Source: Candidatus Lightella neohaematopini
Lineage (GTDB): Bacteria > Pseudomonadota > Gammaproteobacteria > Enterobacterales > Enterobacteriaceae
Direction: 5' to 3'
NCBI GenBank assembly: GCA_025728535.1
Contig: JAOBJO010000002.1
Coordinates: 31,635 to 95,634, forward strand
Length of the DNA: 64,000 nucleotides
The notes beneath the pieces were generated by a model, which saw nothing but the letters and a program-made list of their open reading frames with translations, did no database searches and was not told where the DNA came from. Of this stretch, positions 39,303 through 49,534 are shown in pieces. Position numbers and translations under genes: made by a program. Numbering within the stretch: position 1 is the first letter of the stretch; each line of letters starts with the position of its first letter.

Positions 39303-40148
39303 TCATTTATTTAGATGATTTTTATTTATAACATAATAGAAAATTTTATTATCTACGTCAGAAAAATATTTTACTGGATTAAATTTACTAGGTAAAGATA
39401 ATTTTTTATAATCCGCAAAATTAATTAATTTAGATTTACAAGATTTAATCTTATTAATCCATAAATTAAACTCATTATTATTTACGACAAAGACATTAAA
39501 TTTCATACCAGAAAATCCATTACCACTAAAATTAGATGATATACCTTTGTAAGTACCTATTTTATTAGCAATCAAATTTAATGTTGAACACATATTATTC
39601 ATAGCATAAATCTGACTTCCTAACTGTGGTATAAAAAATGAATTCATAACAGAATCGGAAGTAATATTAAAAATTATTGATCTATTTACTGGAATATATA
39701 TTTCATTAACTGAAGCAATTTTAAAATCGGGATATATAAATAACCATTTCCAATTTAGTGATATAACATTTATCTTAACCGATTTATTATCTAAAGTTAA
39801 TATTAATTTATGGGGATCTAATTTTTTAGTGCTGTCTATTGTAATATTGGATAATACTAATACAATAATAAATGGTATAATCCAAACGAATAATTCTATA
39901 ACTTTTGATTTACACCACTCCGGTTTATATACTGCTGTAACATTAGATGATCTATATTTAATAATAAAAAATAAGGTCATTATTATTACTGGTACAATAA
40001 TTATCAACATAAGTTTTATTGCTGTTACTATAATTAATTTTTCTTCTAAACCTATTTGTCCAGCTGGATTTAATATCACTAATTTAGAATTACAACCAAG
40101 TAATATGACAGTAGTCAAGAATAAAAAAATTTTTTTTATAATATTCAT
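39303..40148 (-). CDS. cyoA: Cytochrome bo3 ubiquinol oxidase subunit II (lipoprotein)
   Basis: 281-aa ORF with the lipobox VILLGC, two TM segments and a cupredoxin-like domain (SDSVMNSFFIPQLGSQIYAM). It is the first gene of the cyo operon. Confidence 0.92.
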   Translation of the reverse strand: MNIIKKIFLFLTTVILLGCNSKLVILNPAGQIGLEEKLIIVTAIKLMLIIIVPVIIMTLFFIIKYRSSNVTAVYKPEWCKSKVIELFVWIIPFIIVLVLSNITIDSTKKLDPHKLILTLDNKSVKINVISLNWKWLFIYPDFKIASVNEIYIPVNRSIIFNITSDSVMNSFFIPQLGSQIYAMNNMCSTLNLIANKIGTYKGISSNFSGNGFSGMKFNVFVVNNNEFNLWINKIKSCKSKLINFADYKKLSLPSKFNPVKYFSDVDNKIFYYVINKNHLNK

Positions 40149-40595
40149 GTTAATTTAGTAAAAATTAATATTTTTTATTAAAACCAAGATACTAGAATTA
40201 ATAATAATTAATCAAAAAAACAAATCAATAAACAACTATTTATGTAAATAGTTTAGTTTTGATTAAATCTACACAGATACTAATTTAGTATATCATCATA
40301 TATAAATATATGCAGCAAATATTTTTAATAAAAACTATTATCTTTATTCACGTAAATAATTAAAACATAAAGTTTTTCGATAAAAAACTACTTAATACTG
40401 ATTTAATTAGATATTATTAAATAATTTGATTGGCTTTAAACTACTTACTACTAATTAATTAGTTAAACTAATTATTATGATGTAACTCAATTTTAGTGTA
40501 ATATTGTATCTTTAATTAATCTACTGTAGTTTGTATAGGATTAATAACAATATTAAAGAAACTTAAAATTCTTAGCTGTTTAAGGAAATAAATTA

Positions 40596-41222
40596 ATGTT
40601 CAATAAGATAATTTCATGTACTAATAAAGTAAGTCATAATAATAACTTAGTTCCTATTGTAGTTGAAAAATTATCATATAGTGAACGAGCGTACGATATA
40701 TTTTCCCGTTTATTAAAAGAAAGAATAATATTTATAACTGGACAGATAGAAGATTATATGGCAAGCACGATAGTTGCCCAAATAATATTTTTAGAAGCAG
40801 AAGATCCTGAAAAAGATATATATTTATATATTAATTCTCCAGGTGGAGTAATTAATGCAGGTATGGCTATTTATGATGTAATACAATTTGTGAAACCAGA
40901 TATTAGTACATTGTGTATAGGCCAAGCAGCTTCTATGGGAGCATTATTATTAATGGCCGGAACTAAAGGTAAAAGATTTTGTTTACCTAATTCTAGAATT
41001 ATGATTCATCAACCAATTGGTGGATTTAATGGCCAAGCATCTGACATAGAAATACAAACAAAAGAAATATTAAATATTAAGGTTAAAATTAATAAATTAA
41101 TATCAAAACATACTAATAAACCTTTTGATAAAATATCTAAAGATACTGAAAGAGATTATTTTTTATCTGCTAATGAAGCATTAGAATATGGTATAATAGA
41201 TTCAATAATAACAAATCGTTAG
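40596..41222 (+). CDS. clpP: ATP-dependent Clp protease proteolytic subunit
   Basis: [46 protein letters not shown] is near-identical in pattern to E. coli ClpP. AAGGA lies upstream of the ATG. Confidence 0.96.
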   Translation: MFNKIISCTNKVSHNNNLVPIVVEKLSYSERAYDIFSRLLKERIIFITGQIEDYMASTIVAQIIFLEAEDPEKDIYLYINSPGGVINAGMAIYDVIQFVKPDISTLCIGQAASMGALLLMAGTKGKRFCLPNSRIMIHQPIGGFNGQASDIEIQTKEILNIKVKINKLISKHTNKPFDKISKDTERDYFLSANEALEYGIIDSIITNR

Positions 41223-41257
41223 ACTATATTATTTTTTAATATACACGAGAGATATAT

Positions 41258-42493
41258 ATGATAGATAAAGAAAATAATAAATTGAAAAAATTATTATACT
41301 GTTCATTTTGTGGTAAAAGTCAAAAGGAAGTTAAAAAATTAATTGCTGGATCGTCCGTATATATTTGTAATGAATGTATTAACTTATGTAATAAAATAAT
41401 AAATGAAGGGAAAAAAGATAGTGAATATTATAATAATAATCTATCGATTAGTCCTCGTCAAATAAAAAATTGCCTAGATGACTATGTAATTGGACAAGAA
41501 CAGGCAAAAAAGATTTTATCTGTTGCTGTTTGTAATCATTATAAAAGGATTTGCGTAAATAAAAATAATAATGTGAAATTAGGTAAAAGTAATATTTTAC
41601 TAATAGGACCAACTGGTAGTGGTAAAACTCTTCTTGCGGAAACATTAGCAAATTCAGTTAATGTACCATTTGCCATAGCAGATGCTACTACATTAACTGA
41701 AGCTGGTTATGTCGGAGAAGATGTAGAAAATATAATACAAAAATTATTACAAAAATGTGATTTTAACGTCAAAAAAGCACAGAATGGTATAATATATATT
41801 GATGAAATTGATAAAATTTCTAGAAAAATAGATAATCCATCTATTACTAGAGATGTTTCTGGAGAAGGAGTACAGCAAGCTTTATTAAAATTAATAGAAG
41901 GTACTACTGCATTAGTACCTCCAAAAGGAGGAAGAAAACATCCTCAACAAGATTTTATACAAGTAGAAACATCTAATATTTTATTTATTTGTGGTGGAGC
42001 GTTTTCTGGTCTAAAAAATATAATAAAAAGAAGAGTAGAAACTAATTATGGTATTGGATTTTGTGCTAAAATTAAGAATAATAAGGCATCAGATAATAAT
42101 ATTTTATTAAAAACAAAACCAGAAGACTTAATTAAATTTGGATTAATACCAGAATTTGTTGGGCGTTTACCAATTATAGCTGTATTAGAAGAACCAAATG
42201 TAGATATGTTAGTACAGATTCTCTGTAAACCAAAAAATTCATTAGTTAAACAATATCAAACTATTTTTGATTTAGACAATATTAAATTGGAATTTTGTAA
42301 TGAAGCTCTTTTAGCTATTGCTAATAAAGCAGTTAAATATAAAATTGGTGCTAGGGGATTACGTTCTATTATAGAAAACATACTACTAGAAACTATGTAT
42401 AACTTACCGTCAAAAAATATGATAAATAAGATATTAATTAATGAATCAGTAATTAATAAATCATTAGATCCAATATTAATATTTAATAAGTAA
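41258..42493 (+). CDS. clpX: ATP-dependent Clp protease ATP-binding subunit ClpX
   Basis: 411-aa ORF with zinc finger [30 protein letters not shown], Walker [12 protein letters not shown], Walker [10 protein letters not shown] and GARGLRSI. Confidence 0.96.
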   Translation: MIDKENNKLKKLLYCSFCGKSQKEVKKLIAGSSVYICNECINLCNKIINEGKKDSEYYNNNLSISPRQIKNCLDDYVIGQEQAKKILSVAVCNHYKRICVNKNNNVKLGKSNILLIGPTGSGKTLLAETLANSVNVPFAIADATTLTEAGYVGEDVENIIQKLLQKCDFNVKKAQNGIIYIDEIDKISRKIDNPSITRDVSGEGVQQALLKLIEGTTALVPPKGGRKHPQQDFIQVETSNILFICGGAFSGLKNIIKRRVETNYGIGFCAKIKNNKASDNNILLKTKPEDLIKFGLIPEFVGRLPIIAVLEEPNVDMLVQILCKPKNSLVKQYQTIFDLDNIKLEFCNEALLAIANKAVKYKIGARGLRSIIENILLETMYNLPSKNMINKILINESVINKSLDPILIFNK

Positions 42494-42609
42494 AAATAAA
42501 AATTTTAATTAGTATAATTTATTTTGTTTAAAATTTTTAATAAATTAGTTAACATTAAAGTTACTTAAATAGATTAATATAATTTATCTTGTTTCCTAAG
42601 AGAGATTAA

Positions 42610-44928
42610 ATGACTAATCATGATGCTACAAATGAAATTGTTCCAGTGCTACCACTAAGAGATATAGTGGTATATCCGAATATAGTAGTACCATTATTTA
42701 TTGGTCGAGAAAAATCTATTAAATGTTTAGAGATGGCTATGAATAAAGATAAACAAATTATGTTGGTTACTCAAAAAGAATCATCTAATGATGATCCTAA
42801 TATTAATGATTTATTTTTAGTAGGTACTGTAGCTTATATATTACAAATGATGAAATTAGCTGATGGAACTATCAAAATACTAGTAAAAGGTCATACTAGA
42901 GCTCACATAAAAAAATTAGAAGATCATGATAATTATTTCGCAGCTGAAATATCATATTTTTCTAATTCAGATGTGTGTAAAAAAGAACATACTACTTTAG
43001 TACGGGTTATTATTAATCAGTTTAATAATTATACAAAATTAAGTAATAAAATTATTCCTGAAGTAATAAAATTGATAAATAATATAGAAGATGCAGATAC
43101 TTTAATTAATACTGTAGCAACTCATATGCCATTAAAAATAATTGATAAACAATTATTATTAGAGATAAACAATATCTCTAAGAGATTAGAAAAATTAGCT
43201 ATTATTATAGAATCAGAAATTAACTTATTAAAATTAGATAGAAGTATACATAATAGAATAAAAAAACAAATTGAAAAAAGTCAAAAGGAATACTATTTAA
43301 ATGAACAAATTAAAGCTATACAAAAAGAACTAGGCGAAATAGATAATATTTCTGATGAATATAATACCTTGTTAAATAAAATAAAATTGTCCAAAATGCC
43401 AAAGATAGCTAAAGATAAAACTAAAAATGAATTATATAAATTAAAAATGATGTCACCGATATCAGCAGAAGCTACTGTTGTAAGAAGTTATATAGATTGG
43501 ATGTTAACAATACCATGGTATAAGCGTAGTAAAATAAAAAAAGATTTACTTAAAGCTAAAAATATTCTAGATAGCTATCATTATGGTTTAGATCAAGTAA
43601 AAGAATGTATATTAGAATATTTAGCTGTACAAAATAGAAGTAATAAATTAAATGGATTAATATTATGTTTAATAGGGCCACCGGGTGTGGGTAAAACTTC
43701 ATTAGGTAAATCAATAGCAAAAGCTACCGGAAGAAAATATATACATATGTCTCTTGGTGGGATGAGAGATGAAGCAGAGATACGTGGTCATCGTAGAACA
43801 TATATTGGATCTATGCCAGGAAAATTAATACAAAAAATTTCCAAGAGTAAAGTCATTAACCCTGTATTTTTATTAGACGAAATTGATAAAATATCATTTG
43901 ATATGAGGGGTGATCCTGCAGCAGCTTTACTAGAAGCATTAGATCCAGAACAAAATAAAACATTTAATGATAATTATTTGGAAGTTGATTATGACTTATC
44001 TAATGTTATGTTTATTGCAACTGCTAATTCTGCTAATATACTACCACCATTACTAGATCGAATGGAAATAATTAGAATTTCTGGATACTCTGAAGAAGAA
44101 AAACTAAATATTGCGAAAAAATATTTAATACCAAAACAAATTAAAAAAAATGCTTTGAAAAATCAGGAATTGTATATAGATGATAATGCAATACTAGATA
44201 TTATTAAATATTATACAAGAGAAGCAGGAGTTCGTAGTTTAGAACGAGAAATATCAAAAATATGTAGAAAAACAGTTAAATTAATATTAATAGATAATAA
44301 TATTAGTAATATTGAAATTAACAATAATAATTTAGGTAATTTTATTGGCATAAAAAAATTTAATTTTAAATACATAAATAACAAAAATGTAATAGGACAA
44401 GTTAATGGATTAGCTTGGACTGATTCTGGTGGTGATTTATTAATTATTGAAACTACTTGTGTATCTGGTAACGGAAAATTAGTTTATACTGGATCTTTAG
44501 GAAAGATTATGCAAGAATCAATAAAAATTGCTCTTACCGTTGTTAGAGCAAATGTTGATAAATTTAGGATAAATCCAATTTTCTATAAAACAACAGATAT
44601 TCATGTACATGTTCCGGAAGGAGCTATACCAAAAGATGGGCCTAGTGCAGGCATAGCTATATGTACCGCTTTAATATCTTCATTATCAAAAAAACCTATT
44701 AAAAATAATATAGCTATGACTGGAGAAATCACATTAAACGGAAACGTGTTACCTATCGGTGGTTTAAAAGAAAAATTACTAGCTGCTCATAGAAGTGGTA
44801 TTGAAACAGTTTTAATACCTTATGGTAACCAACATAATTTAAAAAACATACCAAAAAATGTTTTAAGTAAAATTAGCATAAAGTTAGTTAATTCTATTTA
44901 CGATGTAACTAGTTTGGCGTTAGTATAA
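42610..44928 (+). CDS. lon: Lon protease
   Basis: 772-aa ORF with N-terminal LPLRDIVVYP, Walker A GPPGVGKTS, Walker B FLLDEIDK, and the protease Ser in KDGPSAGIA. Confidence 0.96.
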   Translation: MTNHDATNEIVPVLPLRDIVVYPNIVVPLFIGREKSIKCLEMAMNKDKQIMLVTQKESSNDDPNINDLFLVGTVAYILQMMKLADGTIKILVKGHTRAHIKKLEDHDNYFAAEISYFSNSDVCKKEHTTLVRVIINQFNNYTKLSNKIIPEVIKLINNIEDADTLINTVATHMPLKIIDKQLLLEINNISKRLEKLAIIIESEINLLKLDRSIHNRIKKQIEKSQKEYYLNEQIKAIQKELGEIDNISDEYNTLLNKIKLSKMPKIAKDKTKNELYKLKMMSPISAEATVVRSYIDWMLTIPWYKRSKIKKDLLKAKNILDSYHYGLDQVKECILEYLAVQNRSNKLNGLILCLIGPPGVGKTSLGKSIAKATGRKYIHMSLGGMRDEAEIRGHRRTYIGSMPGKLIQKISKSKVINPVFLLDEIDKISFDMRGDPAAALLEALDPEQNKTFNDNYLEVDYDLSNVMFIATANSANILPPLLDRMEIIRISGYSEEEKLNIAKKYLIPKQIKKNALKNQELYIDDNAILDIIKYYTREAGVRSLEREISKICRKTVKLILIDNNISNIEINNNNLGNFIGIKKFNFKYINNKNVIGQVNGLAWTDSGGDLLIIETTCVSGNGKLVYTGSLGKIMQESIKIALTVVRANVDKFRINPIFYKTTDIHVHVPEGAIPKDGPSAGIAICTALISSLSKKPIKNNIAMTGEITLNGNVLPIGGLKEKLLAAHRSGIETVLIPYGNQHNLKNIPKNVLSKISIKLVNSIYDVTSLALV

Positions 44929-44938
44929 TTTATAATAG

Positions 44939-44972
44939 AAATAACTACATCTTTATTAAAGATAGTTATTTT
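44939..44972 (+). terminator. Weak hairpin plus T-tract downstream of lon (possible intrinsic terminator)
   Basis: AAATAACTA (44939-44947) pairs with TAGTTATTT (44963-44971), and TCTT (44950-44953) pairs with AAGA (44959-44962). There is a 2-nt bulge and a 5-nt loop, and the 3' arm runs into TTTT. Only 2 G:C pairs are present, so the prediction is weak in this AT-rich context. Confidence 0.3.
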
Positions 44973-45075
44973 AATATGTTAATTTTTGTTTTGGATAATT
45001 TAAAATACAAATTAATATAAAAATTTTTAGTGTTAATTTATTAAAATTATATATCTCTTTATTTTTTTATAAGTA

Positions 45076-46827
45076 TTGGATAATACAGTGAGATTATTTA
45101 AGCAACTAAAATGGTTTTTTTATCGTGAATGGAGACATTATACAGGAGCTGTAATAATACTATTTTTAATAGCTTTATTACAATTAATACCTCCCATTAT
45201 GGTTGGTAATATTGTTGATACCGTATTATCAAAATCTTATAGTCGGTTACATATAATATACATTATAACAGCAATGATAATTATTGCTATTATTGCTTAT
45301 TGGTTACGTTATTCATGGAGGATATTGTTATTTGGATCAGCTTATAAATTAGCTGTGGAATTACGTAATAAGTTATATTACTTATTAAGTAATCAGTCAC
45401 CAGAATTCTACTCTAATTATAGGACTGGTGATTTAATAGCTAGAGCTACTAATGATGTTGATCGAGTTGTATTTGCAGCTGGTGAAGGAGTACTAACATT
45501 AGTAGATTCTTTAGTAATAGGATGCTCTGTAATATTTATTATGGTATTAAAAATAGATTGGAAGTTAACCTTATTATCATTAACTCCTATGCCAATAATG
45601 GCGTTTATAATTAACAATGATGGTAAAAAACTACATCAATGTTTTCGTTTAGCTCAATCATCATTTTCTTTACTAAATAGTAGAGTTCAAGAAGATTTAA
45701 CTAATATAAGAATGATTAAAATATTTGGTATTGAACAAAGACAACTTAGATATTTTACTGACATAGCAATAAATACCAGTAAAAAAAATATGGATGTTGC
45801 TTTAATTGATTCACGCTTTGATCCAATAATTTACTTAACTATAGGATTATCTAATTTATTAGCTGTTTTTGGAGGTAGTTGGTTAGTAATTAATAAACAA
45901 ATGACATTAGGACAACTTACCAGTTTTATTATGTATTTAGGATTAATGATCTGGCCAATGTTAGCATTAGCTTGGATGTTTAATATTGTAGAACGTGGTA
46001 GCGCAGCTTATACTAGAATTAGTCAAATGTTGAATGAACCTTATAAAATAATTGATGGTAACTTAAATTTACCTAATTATCAAGGAGATATAATTTTAAA
46101 AATTAAAAAATTTGCATATCCAAAAACTAGTAAAATTGTACTAAGTAATATTAATTGTATTATTAAATCAGGAACAATTTTAGGTATATGCGGGCCTACT
46201 GGATCTGGTAAGAGTACTTTATTATCGTTAATTTTAAGAAATTTTGATTTAAAACACGGTAAAATATTATATCATAATATACCATTATGTTCATTAATAT
46301 TAAATGAATGGAGAAATAAATTATCTGTAGTTAATCAAAATAGTTTTTTATTTTCCGATAGTATAATAAATAATATTACTTTAGGTAAATTAAACGTTAA
46401 TTTTAATCATATAAAAAAAGTTACTAATATAGCATGTATACATCAAGAAATTATTAGTTTACCTAATGGTTATTATACTAAAGTAGGAGAAAGAGGAATG
46501 ATGTTATCTGGAGGGCAAAAGCAAAGAATTGCTATAGCCAGATCTTTATTATTAGATTCTGCTGAAATATTAATTTTGGATGATGCATTATCTGCAGTGG
46601 ATACAGAAACAGAAAATCAAATACTTAGTAATATACGTAAATGGAAAGAAAATAAAACATTAATTATTATTGCGCATAAATTAAATTCTATAAAAGATGC
46701 TGATCATATATTAGTATTGAACAATGGTAATATAATGGAACAAGGTACACATTCTTTTTTACTAAAAAAATCTATATGGTATAAAAAAATATATCATTAT
46801 CAACAATTAAAAGTTACCTTTAAATAA
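45076..46827 (+). CDS. mdlA: ABC exporter, fused permease and ATPase, MdlA
   Basis: 583-aa ORF with 6 TM segments plus an NBD (GPTGSGKST, LSGGQKQRIAIARSLL, ILILDDALSAVD). The ORF-track start is a TTG at 45076. A GTG at 45088 gives MRLFKQLKWFFYREWR, which matches E. coli MdlA MRLFAQLSWYFRREWR and may be the true start. Confidence 0.9.
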   Translation: MDNTVRLFKQLKWFFYREWRHYTGAVIILFLIALLQLIPPIMVGNIVDTVLSKSYSRLHIIYIITAMIIIAIIAYWLRYSWRILLFGSAYKLAVELRNKLYYLLSNQSPEFYSNYRTGDLIARATNDVDRVVFAAGEGVLTLVDSLVIGCSVIFIMVLKIDWKLTLLSLTPMPIMAFIINNDGKKLHQCFRLAQSSFSLLNSRVQEDLTNIRMIKIFGIEQRQLRYFTDIAINTSKKNMDVALIDSRFDPIIYLTIGLSNLLAVFGGSWLVINKQMTLGQLTSFIMYLGLMIWPMLALAWMFNIVERGSAAYTRISQMLNEPYKIIDGNLNLPNYQGDIILKIKKFAYPKTSKIVLSNINCIIKSGTILGICGPTGSGKSTLLSLILRNFDLKHGKILYHNIPLCSLILNEWRNKLSVVNQNSFLFSDSIINNITLGKLNVNFNHIKKVTNIACIHQEIISLPNGYYTKVGERGMMLSGGQKQRIAIARSLLLDSAEILILDDALSAVDTETENQILSNIRKWKENKTLIIIAHKLNSIKDADHILVLNNGNIMEQGTHSFLLKKSIWYKKIYHYQQLKVTFK

Positions 46828-46845
46828 AATAGTATTGGAAAGATA

Positions 46846-48576
46846 ATGGATAATTGGAAAAATCTTTGGTTTACTCTAAAAAGACTATTAAATTATAGTA
46901 CAAATCATCAAAAATCAATAATTATTGCTATGTTTATGTTGTGTTTTGCTTCATTAGATGAAGTAACTGGTACAATGATTATTAGTTATTTTATAGATAA
47001 TTTTTTAACTAATCAAAAACTATCTATAATTATTATAATAACATTATTACTAATATTTATTGTATTACAAATTAAATCTGTAATGTTGCGTTATTATCAA
47101 TCATTAAAGTTTAATAAGGCATCTATAGATATCGTTCAACAATTAAGAATTGATTTAATGAATACAATTTTAAAGCAGCCAATTACGGTATTTGATAATA
47201 AATCAGTTGGACAATTAATATCATGTATTACTAATGACACGGAAGTAGTAAAAGATCTATTTCTTACGGTAATATCATCAGTATTACGTAGTGTGGCTTT
47301 AATTATTGCTATGTTAATAGCTATGTTTTTACTAAATTATCAGTTAGCTTGTGTTTCATTATTATTATTTCCATTAGTATTATTAGTAATGCTACTATAT
47401 CAATATTATTGTACTCCAATAGTCAGAAAATTACGTTCTTATGTAGCAAAAATTAACAGTTTTTTTAACGAAACTATTAGTGGTATGTTAATAATACAAC
47501 AGTTTTGTCAACAAAAACGTTTTGCAAATAAATTAAAAAGAGCTAGTAATATACATTTTAGATTACGTATGATAACGCTAAGATTAGATGGTTATTTATT
47601 AAGACCTTTACTCAATCTACTTTTTTCTATACTTTTATGTAGTATTTTACTTATTTTTAGTTTTAACAAACAATTAATTAGTGTTGGTATATTATATGCT
47701 TTTATTAATTATTTAAGTAGGTTAAATGAGCCATTAATAGAGTTAACATCTCAACAATCAATCATTCAGCAAGCTATAGTAGCAGGAGAGCGTATATTTA
47801 AATTAATGGATAGCCCTGCACAAGAGTATGGTTTAGATGATAGAGAATTGAATAATGGTAGTATAACTATAAAAAATTTATATTTTTCGTATAGAAATAA
47901 CATAAATATACTTAGTAATATAAATATCATTATACCTAATAAACATTTTGTTGCTTTAGTTGGTCATACTGGTAGTGGTAAAAGTACATTAGCTAATCTT
48001 ATAATTGGTAATTATCCGGTTAATCAAAATACTATATTTTTAGATAATCGACCAATTGAAACTCTAACTCATAGAGTAATTCATAATGGTGTACTAATGG
48101 TTCAACAAGATCCAGTTATTATGGCTGATACAATATATGAGAATTTATCACTTGGTAGTAATATTAAAGAAGATGATATATGGATTATATTAAAACAAAT
48201 TAAATTAGCTTCATTGATTAATTCTTTACCCAATGGATTATTTACTAAATTAAGTGAATATGGTAGTTCTTTATCTGCTGGACAAAGACAATTATTAACA
48301 TTAGCAAGAGCTTTAATATTACATCCTAAAATATTAATTTTAGATGAAGCAACTTCTAATATTGACTATGGTACAGAATTAGCTATTGCAAAATTAATTA
48401 ATAAAATTCGTAAAAACTTAACGTTAATTGTTATCGCTCATAGATTATCTACTATTATTCATGCTGATAAAATAGTAGTTTTACATAAAGGTAGAATTAT
48501 AGAATGTGGAACTCATGATTTTTTATTAAAAAAACGCAACCATTATTACAAATTATATAAATTACAAAAAATTTAA
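46846..48576 (+). CDS. mdlB: ABC exporter, fused permease and ATPase, MdlB
   Basis: 576-aa ORF with a TM domain plus an NBD (GHTGSGKST, LSAGQRQLLTLARAL, ILILDEATSNID). It follows mdlA as in E. coli. Confidence 0.9.
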   Translation: MDNWKNLWFTLKRLLNYSTNHQKSIIIAMFMLCFASLDEVTGTMIISYFIDNFLTNQKLSIIIIITLLLIFIVLQIKSVMLRYYQSLKFNKASIDIVQQLRIDLMNTILKQPITVFDNKSVGQLISCITNDTEVVKDLFLTVISSVLRSVALIIAMLIAMFLLNYQLACVSLLLFPLVLLVMLLYQYYCTPIVRKLRSYVAKINSFFNETISGMLIIQQFCQQKRFANKLKRASNIHFRLRMITLRLDGYLLRPLLNLLFSILLCSILLIFSFNKQLISVGILYAFINYLSRLNEPLIELTSQQSIIQQAIVAGERIFKLMDSPAQEYGLDDRELNNGSITIKNLYFSYRNNINILSNINIIIPNKHFVALVGHTGSGKSTLANLIIGNYPVNQNTIFLDNRPIETLTHRVIHNGVLMVQQDPVIMADTIYENLSLGSNIKEDDIWIILKQIKLASLINSLPNGLFTKLSEYGSSLSAGQRQLLTLARALILHPKILILDEATSNIDYGTELAIAKLINKIRKNLTLIVIAHRLSTIIHADKIVVLHKGRIIECGTHDFLLKKRNHYYKLYKLQKI

Positions 48577-48643
48577 CAAAATATAAAATCATTAATTTAA
48601 TTAAGCTAATTATTATAGCAAATAAATAATTATTAATAATAAA

Positions 48644-48673
48644 TTGACAGTAATAATAAATTTATTTTAGAAT
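48644..48673 (+). promoter_or_regulatory. Near-consensus sigma70 promoter for ffs
   Basis: A perfect -35 TTGACA lies at 48644-48649, followed by an 18-nt spacer and -10 TAGAAT at 48668-48673. It sits 7 nt upstream of the GGG at 48681 that starts the 4.5S RNA helix. Confidence 0.6.
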
Positions 48674-48680
48674 ACTAGAT

Positions 48681-48785
48681 GGGATAATTGGTGTTATTAT
48701 ATTATCTATTTATATGAACCCGGTCAGGTCTGGAAGGAAGCAGCCGTAGTATATTTATGGTAGTGATAGTAATTACTAATTATCC
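48681..48785 (+). ncRNA. ffs: 4.5S RNA (signal recognition particle RNA)
   Basis: It contains the conserved SRP domain IV core GGTCAGGTCTGGAAGGAAGCAGCC (E. coli CAGGUCAGGUCCGGAAGGAAGCAGCC). The 5' GGGATAATTGGT pairs with the 3' ACTAATTATCC to close a long hairpin. Its position between mdlB and apt matches E. coli ffs. The ends are accurate to within a few nt. Confidence 0.88.
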
Positions 48786-48966
48786 ATAATTAATTATTGT
48801 ATAATAATTACGAACAGTATTTTAAATTAATTAGATTGATAAGTATTTATTTTTAGAAGGTAATATTAAGTTATTAGTTAAACTATTATGGTTAATCATA
48901 ATATGATTTTGTTGTTACTAATAAAATATAATATTATTGTTTATAATAATTTTAATTATCTATATT

Positions 48967-49515
48967 ATGTTCTTAAAGCAAGAAAAACTAACATTAATTA
49001 AAAAAAACATAATATCAGTTCCAAATTATCCTAGACCAGGTTTATTATTTAGAGATATTACTAATTTAGTTAAACATCCGTATGCGTATGCTGCTAGTAT
49101 ATCATTGTTAGCTGATTATTACCGTAAGTATAATTTAAATAAAATTGTTGGTATAGAAGCTAGAGGGTTTTTATTTGGTGCCCCACTAGCATTATCGCTA
49201 GGATTAGGATTTATTCCAGTAAGAAAACCAGGTAAGTTGCCAAGAGCGACAATAAGTGAAAATTATGTATTAGAATACGGTAATAATAAATTAGAAATAC
49301 ATAGAGATTCTATTATTCCTGGTGATAGAATACTAATAGTAGATGATTTGTTAGCTACTGGTGGTACAATATGTGCAGTAGCTAAATTAATAAGAAGACT
49401 TAATGGTGTAGTAGATAATGCTGCCTTTATTATTAATTTAGTTAAATTGGGGGGAGAAAATATATTAAGTAATATAGGTATTAAAAGTTATAGTTTATTA
49501 TTATTTAATAATTAG
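48967..49515 (+). CDS. apt: Adenine phosphoribosyltransferase
   Basis: [61 protein letters not shown] matches E. coli Apt. I use the ATG at 48967; the ORF-track start at 48937 adds 10 non-homologous residues. Confidence 0.93.
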   Translation: MFLKQEKLTLIKKNIISVPNYPRPGLLFRDITNLVKHPYAYAASISLLADYYRKYNLNKIVGIEARGFLFGAPLALSLGLGFIPVRKPGKLPRATISENYVLEYGNNKLEIHRDSIIPGDRILIVDDLLATGGTICAVAKLIRRLNGVVDNAAFIINLVKLGGENILSNIGIKSYSLLLFNN

Positions 49516-49534
49516 TATTTATTTTAATTTATAT

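Noticed and set aside
39829-40158. 109-aa plus-strand ORF overlapping the 5' part of cyoA
   Set aside because: It is antisense to cyoA, which has a lipobox, TM segments and a cupredoxin domain. Its low-complexity, Ile/Asn-rich translation is typical of spurious ORFs.
40420-40595. Search for sigma32 heat-shock promoters upstream of clpP, lon (42494-42609) and htpG (51299-51332)
   Set aside because: I found no convincing CTTGAA-N13-15-CCCCAT pair. GGCTTTAAA near 40432-40440 has no downstream CCCAT element. The htpG spacer is too short to hold a promoter.
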